NCBI GenBank assembly: GCA_963693365.1
Contig: CAVNZM010000002.1
Span: 4,976,259-5,040,258 of the forward strand
Reading direction: 5' to 3'
Origin: Amoebidium appalachense
Lineage: Eukaryota; Protista; Ichthyosporea
DNA length: 64,000 nucleotides
Shown: positions 63,843 through 64,000 of the stretch, in pieces
Layout: each line of letters starts with the position of its first letter
Numbering within the stretch: position 1 is the first letter of the stretch
The notes under the pieces: model-generated
Told to the model about the DNA's origin: nothing
Database searches by the model: none
The model's input: only the letters and a program-made list of their open reading frames with translations
Made by a program: the position numbers and the translations under genes

Positions 63843-64000
63843 GTAGGCTTCTGTTGTTCCCGTGCACGTGCTTGTGTTTCTATAACTTCATGTGCATTTT
63901 GATTCCACTTCTAGGTGCCTTTTCGTGTGACAGCTTTTTTTTCTGCATGCTCTTGGTCCAAACCTCTTTGGATCCCACCCACCCGCCCATCTCGGCGCAT

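Overview
Intron-rich eukaryotic genomic DNA, probably from a protist (possibly opisthokont/holozoan; inference only). Introns are packed with (CA/GT)n, (GA)n and poly-G/C tracts, so most ORFs in the supplied track are low-complexity noise. Host genes: an HSL/AADAC-family esterase (+, 560-2939); a minus-strand protein with repeated truncated Zn2Cys6-like motifs (~4830-10040); a spliced 7TM-RGS fusion gene (-, 17755-12571); and a roughly 22-exon EDR2-like PH-START-DUF1336 gene (-, ~62118-42003). The centre is a retroelement nest. A full-length Ty3/gypsy element (19521-33925) carries two nested non-autonomous LTR elements: a 3.6-kb LARD-like element in gag and a 663-bp TRIM in pol whose two LTRs each contain a complete 73-nt tRNA-like cloverleaf plus a T7 terminator, which is the most notable feature. 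Also present: a copia-type TRIM with a half-tRNA primer site in an intron of the 7TM-RGS gene, a decayed Ty1/copia element interrupted by an A-tailed insertion with a 17-bp TSD, G-tract-bounded intronic repeat families and a ~200-bp palindrome. Homopolymer indels suggest some long-read assembly error. Coordinates and alignments were read by eye.
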